A DNA stretch of 47,600 bases from assembly GCF_004010195.1 (NCBI RefSeq), contig NC_057718.1:36868600-36916199 (forward strand), read 5' to 3'. The DNA comes from Chiloscyllium plagiosum. Its lineage: Eukaryota. Positions 36,060 to 47,454 of the stretch are shown here, one piece after another. Each line of letters begins with the position of its first letter. Positions within the stretch are counted from its first letter, which is position 1. Below the pieces are notes generated by a model that searched no databases, was not told the origin of the DNA, and saw only the letters and a list, made by a program, of their open reading frames with translations. A program made the translations under genes and the position numbers.

Positions 36060-36550
36060 CATCCTGAAGGAATTCAAGGTTATGAACCCTTTCTTGACAT
36101 AGTGTCCTTCTCAAAGCCAACTTGACAAGCATTCTGGCAAAGCTCCTGTAAAGCAAATATAGTGGACTGGATGAAAGGGTCTCCCCTGCCAGGTCTTATT
36201 TACTTAGCTCTCACATTGTCCATGTTCCATGAGAGGATGAAGAATACAAAGACATTCTGTGGCTCTCCTTAAAGTGCAACAGCTTTGATATTTGGAGGAG
36301 CTTGCCATAAAATGTTCAAAATTGTGACAATTTGTCCATCAAATGCATCCTGCTTGCGGTCGAACACTCTAATGATGGGGAAGAGTGCTGGCAGAGAAAG
36401 AAAGGGAAGGAAACAAATCCGGTTCTCCAGATACCAGTGCCTCAATGGTGGTGCCCAGAAATCTACATGTTACAAATCAGACTAGTCAGTCACATGAAGA
36501 CACATGGCAGAAACTTGTGACACCGAGTAGATTGTATCATTTGATTTTTT
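36060..36550 (+). mobile_element. Decayed RTE 3' portion
   Basis: Terminal CPEIYMLQIRLVSHMKTH zinc-finger-like end. Confidence 0.65.
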
Positions 36551-36721
36551 TTGTACATTTCATTACGGACTAAAATGGAAAAAAAAAACTGCTTTAAAAA
36601 CCAAGGACTGTGGAAGTAATTGCTGCATTGTAGGAATATAGGAAACATAGGAACAGTTATGACTATCTGTGAATGCCAAACGTCATCAGTCTGATGACAA
36701 CACTTTAATTGGTACCTGGGC

Positions 36722-36890
36722 AGTGGAGCAGCTTGCGAGTGTGAATGATATGGGGAGAAGTATTTGGACTATTGGAAGGGCAGGTTGTGCATGTCTTTCT
36801 CTGCAATAAAGATAAAGGAAGCCTAGAGAAAGCCAATGTTTTTCTCTCACCAGTTGCTCTAAGTTGCTGCCTAAAGGCAGAAACTAAGAC
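36722..36890 (+). repeat. LTR-like direct repeat, copy 1
   Basis: TGGAGCAGCTTG...GATATGGGGAGAAG...CTGCAATAAA...CAGAAACTAAGAC shared with 38146-38312. Confidence 0.8.
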
Positions 36891-38145
36891 TTCGTAGTTA
36901 GTGTCCCCATCACAATGTGCCTCCTGCAAAGCCGTAACCATCGCCCTTACTGAAATTCCAGATGCACATATCTGGACCTTGGTTTAAGTAAGGTTGTCCT
37001 GCTGATTCACTATATGTATCACTATATGTGATAGACCATCATGTCTCATTTAAAGAAGTGATTTTAAATAGTGGATTGCATTTTGATGTGTAGTTGTTTG
37101 TTCAAAAATTCTCAGGCCAGTTGTCAGTGTGTTTTTTCAAACAGCATTTATTTATGTTATGTCCAGGATAATCAAATGGTAGCTATCTCTGTCCTCAGCA
37201 AATCTAGTTCTACAATGTTTTGATTTTGATCCCACTGAAACTGCACACCTCAGTGGCTCATCTGCATAGTTTCTTAAATCCTATCTCTACATCTTCCATC
37301 AAGTGCATTCTCAGCTTTGAACATTTGTAACCAAAAATATTTAACTGGAAATATTTCCATTTTCACCCTTTCCCCAGAGTCTGGTGGTCACATTGTGTTG
37401 ACATCACAGATCTCCTTGAATTGTCATTCAAGTTGGTGCAGGTCGCAATGATCTGTAGCCTGATCTCAAATCATATTTTCAGCAGTTGAAATGGATGCAA
37501 TGGGTTTAGCAACAATGTCATAGACCCTGATGATACTTCAAGGGATCATCTGTGGTTGGAACTAACAGAACAAAGGCTTTACTTCCTACTTAAGAAGACT
37601 GAGCAAGTTTGGATGAAATAAGACAGTGGTTAAGCCATGCTGAAGAATTTTATCCTTAGACTTTCCATCCCTTATCCAAACCCCCTGAGCTGTTAGTTAA
37701 GGAAGTAATGTTTCGGTTTCATTTCAGGAATTGTACAAGATGTTTGGTTTATGTTTCTGACTTTGTCCAACAGATTTCACTCTATCCTAATCCTTTGACA
37801 TGATATTGGGTCTCAACTTTTTCACTAACTCTGCAATCTGGGTCTTCATATTCTTGCCTGTTAGTAGTTTTGATAATGATAACCATTGCTTAGAAGCATG
37901 ACTCCGGTGTGGGTAAAGTTGAAGAACTACAAGGAGAAAAAAGGCCCTGATGGGTGTTCTGTCCAGGCCTCCCATGAGAAGTCAGGATGTGAGAGAGAAA
38001 ATACATCAGGACTGTAAAAGGCATGTAATAAAGACACTTTTTACAATCATCTTGGGGATCTTCAATATGCAGAAAAACAAGGAAAATCAGTTTGATAGCA
38101 GATCCCAACAAAACAAATTTGTTGATTGGCAATGATTTGGTTTTC

Positions 38146-38312
38146 TGGAGCAGCTTGTGGGTATGAACGATATGGGGAGAAGCTTTTGGATTGCTGGAAT
38201 AGCATGTTGTGTGTGTCTCTGTCTGCAATAAAAATATCCAAAGCTGCAAGAAAGGCAATTATTTTCTCCCACCACTTGCTCTGTGCTGTTGCCTAAAACC
38301 AGAAACTAAGAC
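38146..38312 (+). repeat. LTR-like direct repeat, copy 2
   Basis: Collinear diverged copy of 36722-36890, ending ...AAACTAAGACA. Confidence 0.8.
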
Positions 38313-38378
38313 AGAAATTAAGGGTCTGCTAGGGGGCAGACAATTCTGGATTTTGTGATGTATAATGCAGCAGACATT

Positions 38379-38668
38379 TCCTACTCATGTACTTATCAAA
38401 ATTAAATGTTGTAATTGTACCCGCATCCACCACCTCCTCAGGAAGTTCATTCCATATGCAAACCACCCTCTATGTAAAGAATTTGTCCCTTGTCTCTTTT
38501 TAAAATCTCTGCTCTCTCACCTTAAAAGTGTACCCCCTAGTTTTGAAATCCTCCAACCTAGGCAAAAGACAACTACCATTAATTCTATCTCTACCCCTTA
38601 TTATTTTATAAACTTCCATAAGGTCGCTTCTCAGCCTCCTACACTTCAGTGAAAAAAGCTTCAGCTTA
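38379..38668 (-). mobile_element. CR1 ORF2 C-terminal fragment
   Basis: Reverse of ...RVVCIWNELPEEVVDAGTITTF. Confidence 0.85.
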
Positions 38669-40739
38669 TGAAGGAGGAGCTGGCCTGAATTGTTTGGAAG
38701 GGGAGCCTAGCAAGGAACACAGTGGTGCAGCAATGGCAGGAATTTCTGGGGGTAATTTGGGAAGCAAAAGGTTGAAGGAATATTACCAAGGAGAGGATGA
38801 GGCAGCCATGGCTGACAAGGAAAGTCAAGGACAGCATTGAAGCAAAAGGAAAAGCATATACAATGTAGCGAATATCAGTGGAATAATTTTAAAAACACAA
38901 TAAGAGGGGAAAAGCTCAAATATCAGAGTAAGCTAGCTAATAATATAAGGGAAGATGGTAAGAACTTTTTTTAGATATAAAGAAGGTAGGAGAGAGACAA
39001 GAGTGGATGTTAGACGTTGCTCAATGAGGCTGGAGAAGAAGTAATAGGGAACAAAGAAATGGCGGGCATACTGAATAGGTACTTTGGATCAGTCTTCACA
39101 GTGGGTGACACCAGTAGAATACCAGAACTTCCAAAGAGTTGGGGCTAGAGGTGAGTGTAGTGCCCATCATTAAAGACAAGGTGCTGGGGAAGCTGAAAGG
39201 TCTGATAATGAATAAATCACCCGGACGTCCCAGGGTTCGGTAAGGTGAGTTCAGAAGAGATAGCTGAGGAGATTGTGGAGACATTGGTGGTGATCTTTCA
39301 GGAATCACTGGAGTCAGGGAGGGTCCCAGTGGACTGGAAAATGGTCAATGTAATACCCTGTTTAAAAAGGGAGTGAGGACAAAGACGGGAAATTATAAGT
39401 CAATTAGCCTGGCCTCAGTCATTGGGCAGATTTTAAAGTCTTAGGATGAGATTTCTTAGTACTTGGAAATACAATGTAAAATAGGGCTGAGTCAGCACAG
39501 CTTTATCAAGGCCTGACAAAACTGCTAAAATTCTTTGAGGAGGTAATGAGCAAGTTAGACAAAGGAGAATCAGTGGGTGTGATTTATTTGGATTTCCAGA
39601 AGGCCATTGACGAGGTCCCATACAGAAGGCTGCTAAATAAGATAAGAGCCCATGATGTTAGGGCAAGGAACTGGCATGGATAGAGGATTGGCTGACTGGC
39701 AGAAGGCTGAGAGTGGGTTAAAGGAGTGTTTTTCAGGATGGAAGCTGGTAACTAGTAGAGTTCCGCAGGGGTCAGTGTCAGGACCACAACTATTTGCGTA
39801 ATGCATTAATGATCTGGACGAAGGAGCTGAGGGCATTGTTGGTAAGTTTACAGATGACACAAAGATAGGGAGAGGGACAGATAGTGTTGAGAAGGCAGAG
39901 ACACTGCAGAAGGACCTGTACAGGATGGGAGAGTGGGCAAAGAAATGGCAAATGGAATACAATGTGGGAAAGTGTGAGATTATGCACTTTTATAGGAGGA
40001 ATAAGACATAGACTATTTTCTAAATGGGGAAAGGCTTCAGAAATCTGAAGCACAAAGGTACTTAGGATTCTCTTAAGGTTAACGTGCAGTTTCAGTTGTC
40101 ATTTAGGAAGGCAAATGAAATGGTAGTATTCATATTGAGAGGCCGAGAACATAAGAGCAGGGATATATTGCCAACAATGTATAAGGCTCTGGTCAGACCG
40201 CATTTGCGATATTGTGAGCAATTTTGGGCCCTGTATCTAAGGAAGGATGTGTTTGATTTGAAGGGGGTTCAGAGGAGGTTTACAAGAATAATCGTGGGAA
40301 AAGCTTGACAAACGCGGAATGGTTGAGGACCCTGGGTCTGTGCTCAATGGAGTTTAGAAGGATGGGGGTGAGGAGCAGATGTTATTGGAATGTACAGAAT
40401 AGAGAGAGGCCTGGATAGAGTGAATGTAGAGAAAATGTTTCCCCTAGTAGAAGAAATTAGGACAGGAGGCACCACCTCAGAGTCAAGGGACAACTCTTCA
40501 GAGATGAGATGAGGAGGAATTTCTTCAGCCAGTGGATGGGGAATCTATGGAATTTTCACAGAAGGCTGTGGAGGCCAAGTCATTGAGCATATTTCAGACA
40601 GAGGTAGTGAGAGCATCAAAGGTTACGGGGAGAAAGCAAAAGAATAGCATTGAACAACTTATCAGCCGTGATAAAATGGTGGAGCATACTCAATGAGCCA
40701 AATGGCTAATTTTGCTCCTGTATCTTATGGTCTAATGGT
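38669..40739 (+). mobile_element. CR1 ORF2 (~2 kb: linker, RT, 3' UTR), frameshifted
   Basis: NKSPGR, VPVDWKMVNV, VIYLDFQKA, VPQGSVSGP, KFTDDTKIG, YKALVRPHLRYCEQFW; tail TCTTATGG. Confidence 0.95.
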
Positions 40740-41134
40740 ACATTGTTTTTTGATTATTTTGATTCATAACATTTTGATCGTCTTGACTGCCCTTTCAGTT
40801 TTTCCTGAGATTGTGATATGATGGTAACAAATTTCCCAAAATATTCTTTCGTAACTGTGACTAATTATTTGAGATAATCCCATCCGGGAGTCCACGAATG
40901 AAAGGAAATTTTTCAAAACTTTTATCACTTGTTTATATGCGGTTTCAGGTTTTAAGGTATAAAACCCTTTCTACTTGCAGCTTCTAATTTCTGAATTCTA
41001 AATTTACGACAAGGTACGACTGAGGTCTTTTCACGGTTAAAATGAGCTGCCATCATGAAATGAGCTCCCCGTGAGAAGCTTGCCAATCAGGAGGCAGGAA
41101 AGAGGGCCCAACACTGGACTCTTAACGGTTTGCA

Positions 41135-41270
41135 GCAGGACACAAGGGCACAGTCTCAGAGTTAAGGGATGACCCTTTAGAACTAAGATGAGGGTGAATT
41201 TCTTAAGACGGAGGGTGGGGAATCTGTGGAACTCATTGCCACAGAGAGCTGTGGAAGTCAAGTCCTCTCA
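41135..41270 (+). mobile_element. CR1 fragment
   Basis: RTQGHSLRVKG*PFRTKMRVNFLRRRVGNLWNSLPQRAVE. Confidence 0.8.
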
Positions 41271-41559
41271 AAAGACAGGTGCATTCTTTTGTAACCTTAA
41301 TAGTCAATGAAGCTGCACTCTGGAAAGACTCCAGTAGGTTTTGAAAGCTATTGATGAGATGCTGATGGAGCAAATTCAGAGTAGGAAAGGAAGCCATTTT
41401 CCCATTAAAAATCATGATGGATATTGAGTTAAATTGGTGAACAAATATGTCAGGAAATAACACAAGATGTGACTGATATCAACATTATTTCCAGATCCAA
41501 GCTCTAGCACAAAAAATAGCTGAATTAAAATATTAGTATTTATTCGCAAACTTTTCATT

Positions 41560-43512
41560 AATTTTTCACTGAGGAATTACTCCAGACCAGCACCTTTATG
41601 GAGGCCTATGTGGGCATGGGTCTCACCCTGAATATCTGCAAGATGAATGTCTTCCATCAACCTGGCCTGGCATTGTGGAGTGAACCCCCAATCATCAAAG
41701 TTCACATGGAGGCCTTGGAGAATGTTGGCTGCTTTCAATAAGAAGACAGAGGGTGGTGGTGGAGGGTTGTTTTTCAGACTGGAGGCCTGTGGCCAGTGGA
41801 GTGCCACAAGGATCGGTGCTGATTTGGATGTGAGCATAAGAGGTACAGTTAGTAAGTTTGCAGATGACACCAAAATTGGAGGTGTAGTGGACAGCGAAGA
41901 GGGTTACCTCAGATTACAACAGGATCGGGACCAGATGGGCCAATGGGCTGAGAAGTGGCAGATTGAGTTTAATTCAGATAAATGCGAGGTGCTGCATTTT
42001 GGGAAAGCAAATCTTAGCAGGACTTATACACTTAATGGTAAGGTCCTAGGGAGTGTTGCTGAACAAAGTGACCTTGGAGTGCAGGTTCATAGCTCCTTGA
42101 AAGTGATGTCGCAGGTAGATGGGTTAATGAAGAAAGCGTTTGGTATGCTTTCCTTTATTGGTCAGAGTATTGAGTACAGGAGTTGGGAAGTCATGTTGTG
42201 GCTGTACAGGACATTGGTTAGGCCACTGTTGGAATATTGTGTGCAATTCTGGTCTCCTTCCTGTCGGAAAGATGTTGTGAAATTTGAAAGGGTTCAGAAA
42301 GGATGTTGCCAGGATTGGACGATTTGAGCTATAGGGAGAGGCTAAACAGGCTGGGGCTGTTTTCCCTGGAATGTCGGAGGCTAAGGGGTGACCTTACAGA
42401 TGTTTACAAAATTATGAGGGGCATGGATAGGATAAATAGACAAATTCTTTTCCATTGGGTCGGAGAGTCCAGAACTAGAGGGCATAGGTTTAGGGTGAGA
42501 GGGGAAAGATATAAAAGAGACCTAAGGGGCAACTTTTTCACCCAGAGGGTGGTACCTGTATGGAATGAGCTGCCAGAGGATGTGGTGGACGCTGGTACAA
42601 TTGCAACATTTAAGAGGCATTTGGATGGGTTTATGAATAGGAAGGGTTTGGAGGGATATGGACCGGGTGCTGGCAGGTGGGACTAGATTGAGTTGGGATG
42701 TCTGGTCGGCATGGACAGGTTGGACCAAAGGGTCTGTTTCCATGTTGTACATCTCAATGACTCTATGACCTTGAGTGTGTCCTGTCAGCTGAAGCAGCTA
42801 TTGATGAAGAGATCCAGCACTGCCTCCAGTGTGCTGGTGCAGCCTTCAGCCACCTGAGGAAAAGGGTATTCGAGCATAACAACATGAGATCTGACCCCAA
42901 GCTCATGGTTTATGGAGCTATGGTGGTTCCCAACCTCCTATATGGCTCTGAGATGTGGACTGTTACAGCAGACTCCTCAATCTGCTGGAGCAGTACCCCA
43001 ACACTGGCCCGCACAAGATCCTGGATCTGGGAAGAGAGATACACCAACATCAGCATCCTCCAACAGACCAAAATACCCAGCAACGAGGCACTGACCCCCC
43101 TCCGATTGGCAAAAATGGTCTGGGCATGTTGTCCGTATGACCAACATGAGACTCTCCAAGCAGGAGCCCTACTCCCAGCTCCAAAACAGCAGGCAAGCCC
43201 CAGGGTGGGCAGAGGAAGTACTTCAGAGGTACCCTCGAGGCCTCACTGGCAAAATGCAGCATTCCCACAGACATCTGGGAATCACTGCCTCAAGATCACC
43301 TGACGTGGCAGAGGAGCACCCGAGAAGGCATAGAGCACCTCAAGACTTGCCATCAGGAAGAAGCAAAAACCCAACCCACCCCTTCCTGCAACCACCACCT
43401 GTCCCAAGTGTAACAGAGCATGCGGTAGCTGTATCAGTCTGTACAGGCACCTACAGTCTCACCATGAGAAGGGAGGGAGTCATCCCCATCTATGAAGGAC
43501 TGTCAATGAATG
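41560..43512 (+). mobile_element. RTE LINE 3' half split by a CR1 insertion
   Basis: ENVGCFQ|YLECVLS rejoins across 41740/42769; KLMVYGAMVVPNLLYGSEMWT; tail GTCATCCCCATCTATGAAGGACTG. Confidence 0.85.
41741..42768 (+). mobile_element. Young 5'-truncated CR1 (RT C-terminal half and 3' UTR)
   Basis: SKFADDTKIGGVVDSEEGYLRLQQD...LVRPLLEYCVQFWSP...FKRHLDGFMNRKGLEGYG; tail ATGACTCTATGA. Confidence 0.95.
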
Positions 43513-44624
43513 ACAGTATTGAAGCCTTATAACTGTAACAACAATACAATTGGACTAGAAAACGATGCTATATCTCTAACAAAGACATCATTTCTGCACT
43601 TTTGTGACTTCTTGAACCAATTGTTCTCTGTTGACTGAAAGCAAGCCAGTTCAGACTGTTTCTCTGAACTCTCATGACTGAATTCTTACTGGTTTCTAAC
43701 CCTGAGTAACTCTTTAACTTTAGAATGTGCCACAACAGCCTCTTATCTCCTATGTTGTATCTATGAGGAAGACATTGTAGAAACACGAGATTAATCAACA
43801 AAGCATTTTAGACAGCAGACAGGACTTTTCCTCAGTTAACAAGTCGAATGTCACCCTTTCTGTAAGTTATTAAAAGCATGCTGCTTATCTCAGAGAGAGT
43901 CTGTTTGAAAATCAAAATCACTAACATAAAAGTATCATCCAGCAGAAACATTTGGTCTCAGCAAAATATGGCGCAAAGTCCAGAGAATAATCGAATGGAG
44001 TTCATTACTTGATCTGTGCAGTCATGGATGAATGGTTGGCTGCACTGTGGGTTGCTATTAAATGCTTGGCAACTCCTGTGGTATGTGCAGCTCATAGGCA
44101 CATTGGGACCACAACTCACAAATAGAGACCACTAGGATCGAAACTTAAAGATGCTCTCTTGGCCACCTACAACATGTTGTTCACAATCCTTGTAGCTGCC
44201 AGGATTTCTGGATTACCTCAGCATGTTGTCAGATTTGTCTCTGGTAGCGATGGATGAGGCAACCATCTATCAACACAATGCTGCAACCTTTTCAAATATC
44301 CATTTGCAGATGTGTGATAGCAAACAGGCCCACCCGAGCATTACAAAGCACAACATTGTTGGATTTGACTCACACTACGTTCCCCATTACATCTACTGCT
44401 CTAGCTGCAGTTGCCAAGGAAGGGCAAGAATATTGCCCTGTTTTTATTGTGCTACATCATTTTTTATGTTCAAATAGTTCTTAGAAACTGTCTTCTTTCA
44501 CAGTCTTTTAGTTCATCCTTAATTACTCTGATTTAGTGTGCATTTGCATCTCTAAGCACATTGCTAAAATTGCTCTTATGAAAGATGCTTAAACACATAA
44601 TGTAGCTTGACAGTACAGAGGAAG

Positions 44625-44915
44625 TGCAGCACTGTCTTTAGGATGTAATGATAAATGTAAGCCCCACCTTCTCTCTTAGGCAGATGTAAAATCCAATAGC
44701 ATACAAAAATAAGAAATGGAGTGAAGCGGTATTTATCCCTGAACTATTATCATTAAAGTGATTGCTTGGCCACTTGTCTCATTGCCGTCTGTGGGACCCT
44801 GTTGTCTGTAACTGCCTAATATTTTTCTACATTACGCTGGTGACTGTGTTTCAAACGCATTTTGTTGACAATGAAACAATTGGGAAGTCTGGTGGGCAAT
44901 AAAAAGTGGTATATT
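44625..44915 (+). mobile_element. Deu-domain SINE with L2-like tail
   Basis: CTCTTAGGCAGATGTAAAATCC...TATTTATCCCT...CATTGCCGTCTGTGGGACC...CTACATTAC. Confidence 0.7.
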
Positions 44916-44982
44916 GGTGAAAATTGCTTTTTTAAAGGATCAGACTCATATCCTGAAATTAAGATAATTTTTTAAAATGTTA

Positions 44983-45127
44983 AGAACAGTTCTGAGGAAA
45001 GGCTACTGGACCTGAAATGTTAATTCTGATTCCTCTATGCAGCCGTTGCCAAACCTGCCGAGTTTTTCCAGAACTTTCTGTTTTTGTTTCTCGTTTCCAG
45101 CATCCTCGGTTCTTTCGTTTTGTTTTT
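44983..45127 (+). mobile_element. Right arm of palindromic PLE-derived element
   Basis: AGAACAGTTCTGAGGAAAGGCTACTGGACCTGAAATGTTAATTCTG... Confidence 0.75.
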
Positions 45128-45657
45128 AACAAACAAAAGGGAGACAAACGGAATCCCCCTTTTCCCTGTTAACCGTCCAAAAAAAAAGCGAGAAGATTTG
45201 CTTTTGGGGGAAAAACATCTGCCTGTATTTGGTAAATCTATTGTTACGTTGTTAATGCACTTTCACAGAAAATGTTCCTAATTAAGGGGAGAGTTTTAAA
45301 AAATAACTGGGTAGCACTTAGTTTCATCCACTCAGCTGCAGACAATTAAACAAAGTGGTTGAACAGGTTATGTTCTGCCAACATGGATTTTACTGCATTT
45401 GCAAGCACTGAGATATTTTAGTTTTTGTTGGTGGTGGTAGAAGACTGCCCGGGAGTGCAGGCTTGACTGGAAACTCACCCATCTGAATTTCTACACTGCA
45501 CTGGTAACTCCAGGCTCATTCATCACCCAAACTAAGCAGCACTCAGCTCAGCTGCTTCTTAGATGAGGAGTGAACAGCAAACTCATTACAACAAACTCAA
45601 CAGATGGGCAGTTATTGCACATGTGCAAATTCTTCATGGGTGTGTTATGTGATTACG

Positions 45658-45770
45658 GACTCTTGTGGTGCAGTGGCGTGTCCCTACCTCTGAGCCAGGA
45701 GGCTTGGGTTCAAGTCCCACGTGCTCCAGAGATGTGTTGTAACACATCTGAACAAGGTGCTGAGAAAATC
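45658..45770 (+). mobile_element. Short tRNA-derived SINE
   Basis: A box TGGTGCAGTGG, B box GGGTTCAAGTCCC; no tRNA 3' acceptor arm. Confidence 0.7.
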
Positions 45771-46684
45771 AGCATTTATGTGTTTGATCGTGGTTCTGAT
45801 ATTAATGGAGAGACTTGAAATGGTGCAGAACAATGTGTTTGTCAAACAAAGTGGGAGCCTGTATTCCCTGCTGATCTTGAGGGGCAGGGGAACAACAGGC
45901 TGCAGACTTCTACCTACAACCACTCAGACTGACAAACTTTTGGGCACGAGACAGCATGGAGCTAGGAATATGCAGCTGTAGCTCCTGACAATGGGAGGGA
46001 AAACCTGGGGCTATAATCAGGAAGGGGAAGGGGGTAATCAATCATTGCAATGAAAGTCTGAAGTTTCCATTTGAGTACTGAGGAATATCCATCTGGTCAT
46101 AATAAATCATGAACAATAAATTTAAAATTAACCTCAAACTCTTCTAGCCCAGGACTAGTCTTCTAACAGTTTTGTCTAATTGGCAACACTCCTACAACAC
46201 ACTTGGTTTAATTGTCCAGTTGAAATTGCAGTCAGAAGCTTACTAAAAATGTAGTTTTAAATATGTATGTTTAAAACAGGATTGTTTTGTACTAAGCCCT
46301 ATTGAACAGCAAACAGCGCCCTGTTTAATTGGAGGCAAAAGACAAGATTAAAGTAGGATCAGTGGGATTAAGCGATTTAAATTATTTCAGCAGTCCTCTC
46401 CAACTGTTTTTCTCATCATGTCATACACAGTTATTCAAGGCCACAACCTTAACCCTTCTGAAAGTTACTAGCTTGGATTTCATCCTAATAATGATGTGGC
46501 CCTCAGCACTCACTGTTAGTGATGAGTAAGTCAGAATGCAACATGTGATGATCACAGCATTTAAAACATGGAGATTGTGAAGATTCTATACTTAGCCATG
46601 AATTATCTTCTGACAATGCCAGAAAAAACTAGGACATGTCCATTTAAGTTTGAGTCTTTCTTTCATGCCATGACAAATCTTAGT

Positions 46685-46809
46685 GGAGAAAGTGAGGACT
46701 GCAGATGCTGGAGATCAGAGCTGAAAATGTGTTGCTGGAAAAGCGCAGCAGGTCAGGCAGCATCCAAGGAGCAGGAGAATTGACATTTCGGGCATGAGCC
46801 CTTCTTCAG
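46685..46809 (-). mobile_element. 125-bp PLE pLTR micro-insertion with 13-bp flanking duplication
   Basis: GACAAATCTTAGT at 46672-46684 and 46810-46822. Confidence 0.9.
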
Positions 46810-47323
46810 GACAAATCTTAGTACCAAGCAACCTCTCTGGCACTGACAATTTACTTTAACAAGTGTGGTGTTTCCTTTAGTTTTTGCTTATTTTTAGAAA
46901 TTATAGAAAATAAAATGTTGTTCCTTTTCATTTTTCCTCTCTGACCTTTACTTCTCTTTCCCTTTCTTTGTTTTGATTCTGAATGTGATTTTCTAAATGA
47001 ATGAATGTACATGACCTGGTTTCATTCCTGCAGGGGACAAATGCATTCAACTGGTTCTTCTCACAGGGACACTATGTGAACACATGTAGGTTCCTCGTTT
47101 GGCCTGTACAACATTCCTCAGTGACACTGATACTGTGTGGAGCCTGCAGGTACCAGCCCATGATACAATTGTCCCTAATATCACATTGCTGCGTTCCCTG
47201 TTCACACAAGCCTGTAATTGACAACATGTTGAAATGGCTAATTACCATAAATCATCATGCAAAACCCCACTGGAAGATGTACACATAATGAATGGCAAGC
47301 ATGTTTGCTCATTAAATTTGGGC

Positions 47324-47384
47324 TGAAAATGTGTTGCTGGAAAAGCGCAGCAGGTCAGGCAGCATCCAAGGAACAGGAGAGTCA
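47324..47384 (-). mobile_element. 61-bp PLE pLTR micro-insertion with 15-bp flanking duplication (1 mismatch)
   Basis: TCATTAAATTTGGGC (47309-47323) vs TCATTAAATCTGGGC (47385-47399). Confidence 0.85.
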
Positions 47385-47454
47385 TCATTAAATCTGGGCC
47401 AATATTGCAAATTGATCAAATACTGTAATCCAGCTAAATTTGCTGTTATTACTT

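Noticed and set aside
36716..36800. Minus-strand exon with AG/GT boundaries
   Set aside because: Lies inside the LTR-like repeat; the acceptor is the reverse of the AATAAA region; phase is incompatible with the 33550 candidate.
38379..40739. Twin-priming inversion of one CR1
   Set aside because: The inverted fragment duplicates a region also present in the forward copy and looks like a different subfamily; two independent insertions are simpler.
41647..42686. Longest ORFs (226 aa and 127 aa) as a host gene
   Set aside because: Truncated, frameshifted CR1 ORF2 with an artificial start inside flanking RTE sequence.
43568..43801. Minus-strand exon/ORF (YNIGDKRLLWHILKLKSYSG)
   Set aside because: Good acceptor but no recognisable homology and an ambiguous donor.
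43920..44480. Coding-looking segment
   Set aside because: No frame gave a motif I recognise; possibly an old repeat, left uncalled.
45658..45730. tRNA gene
   Set aside because: A and B boxes are present, but there is no acceptor stem or T-run terminator; it is a SINE head. The same applies to 5277, 12383 and 35773.
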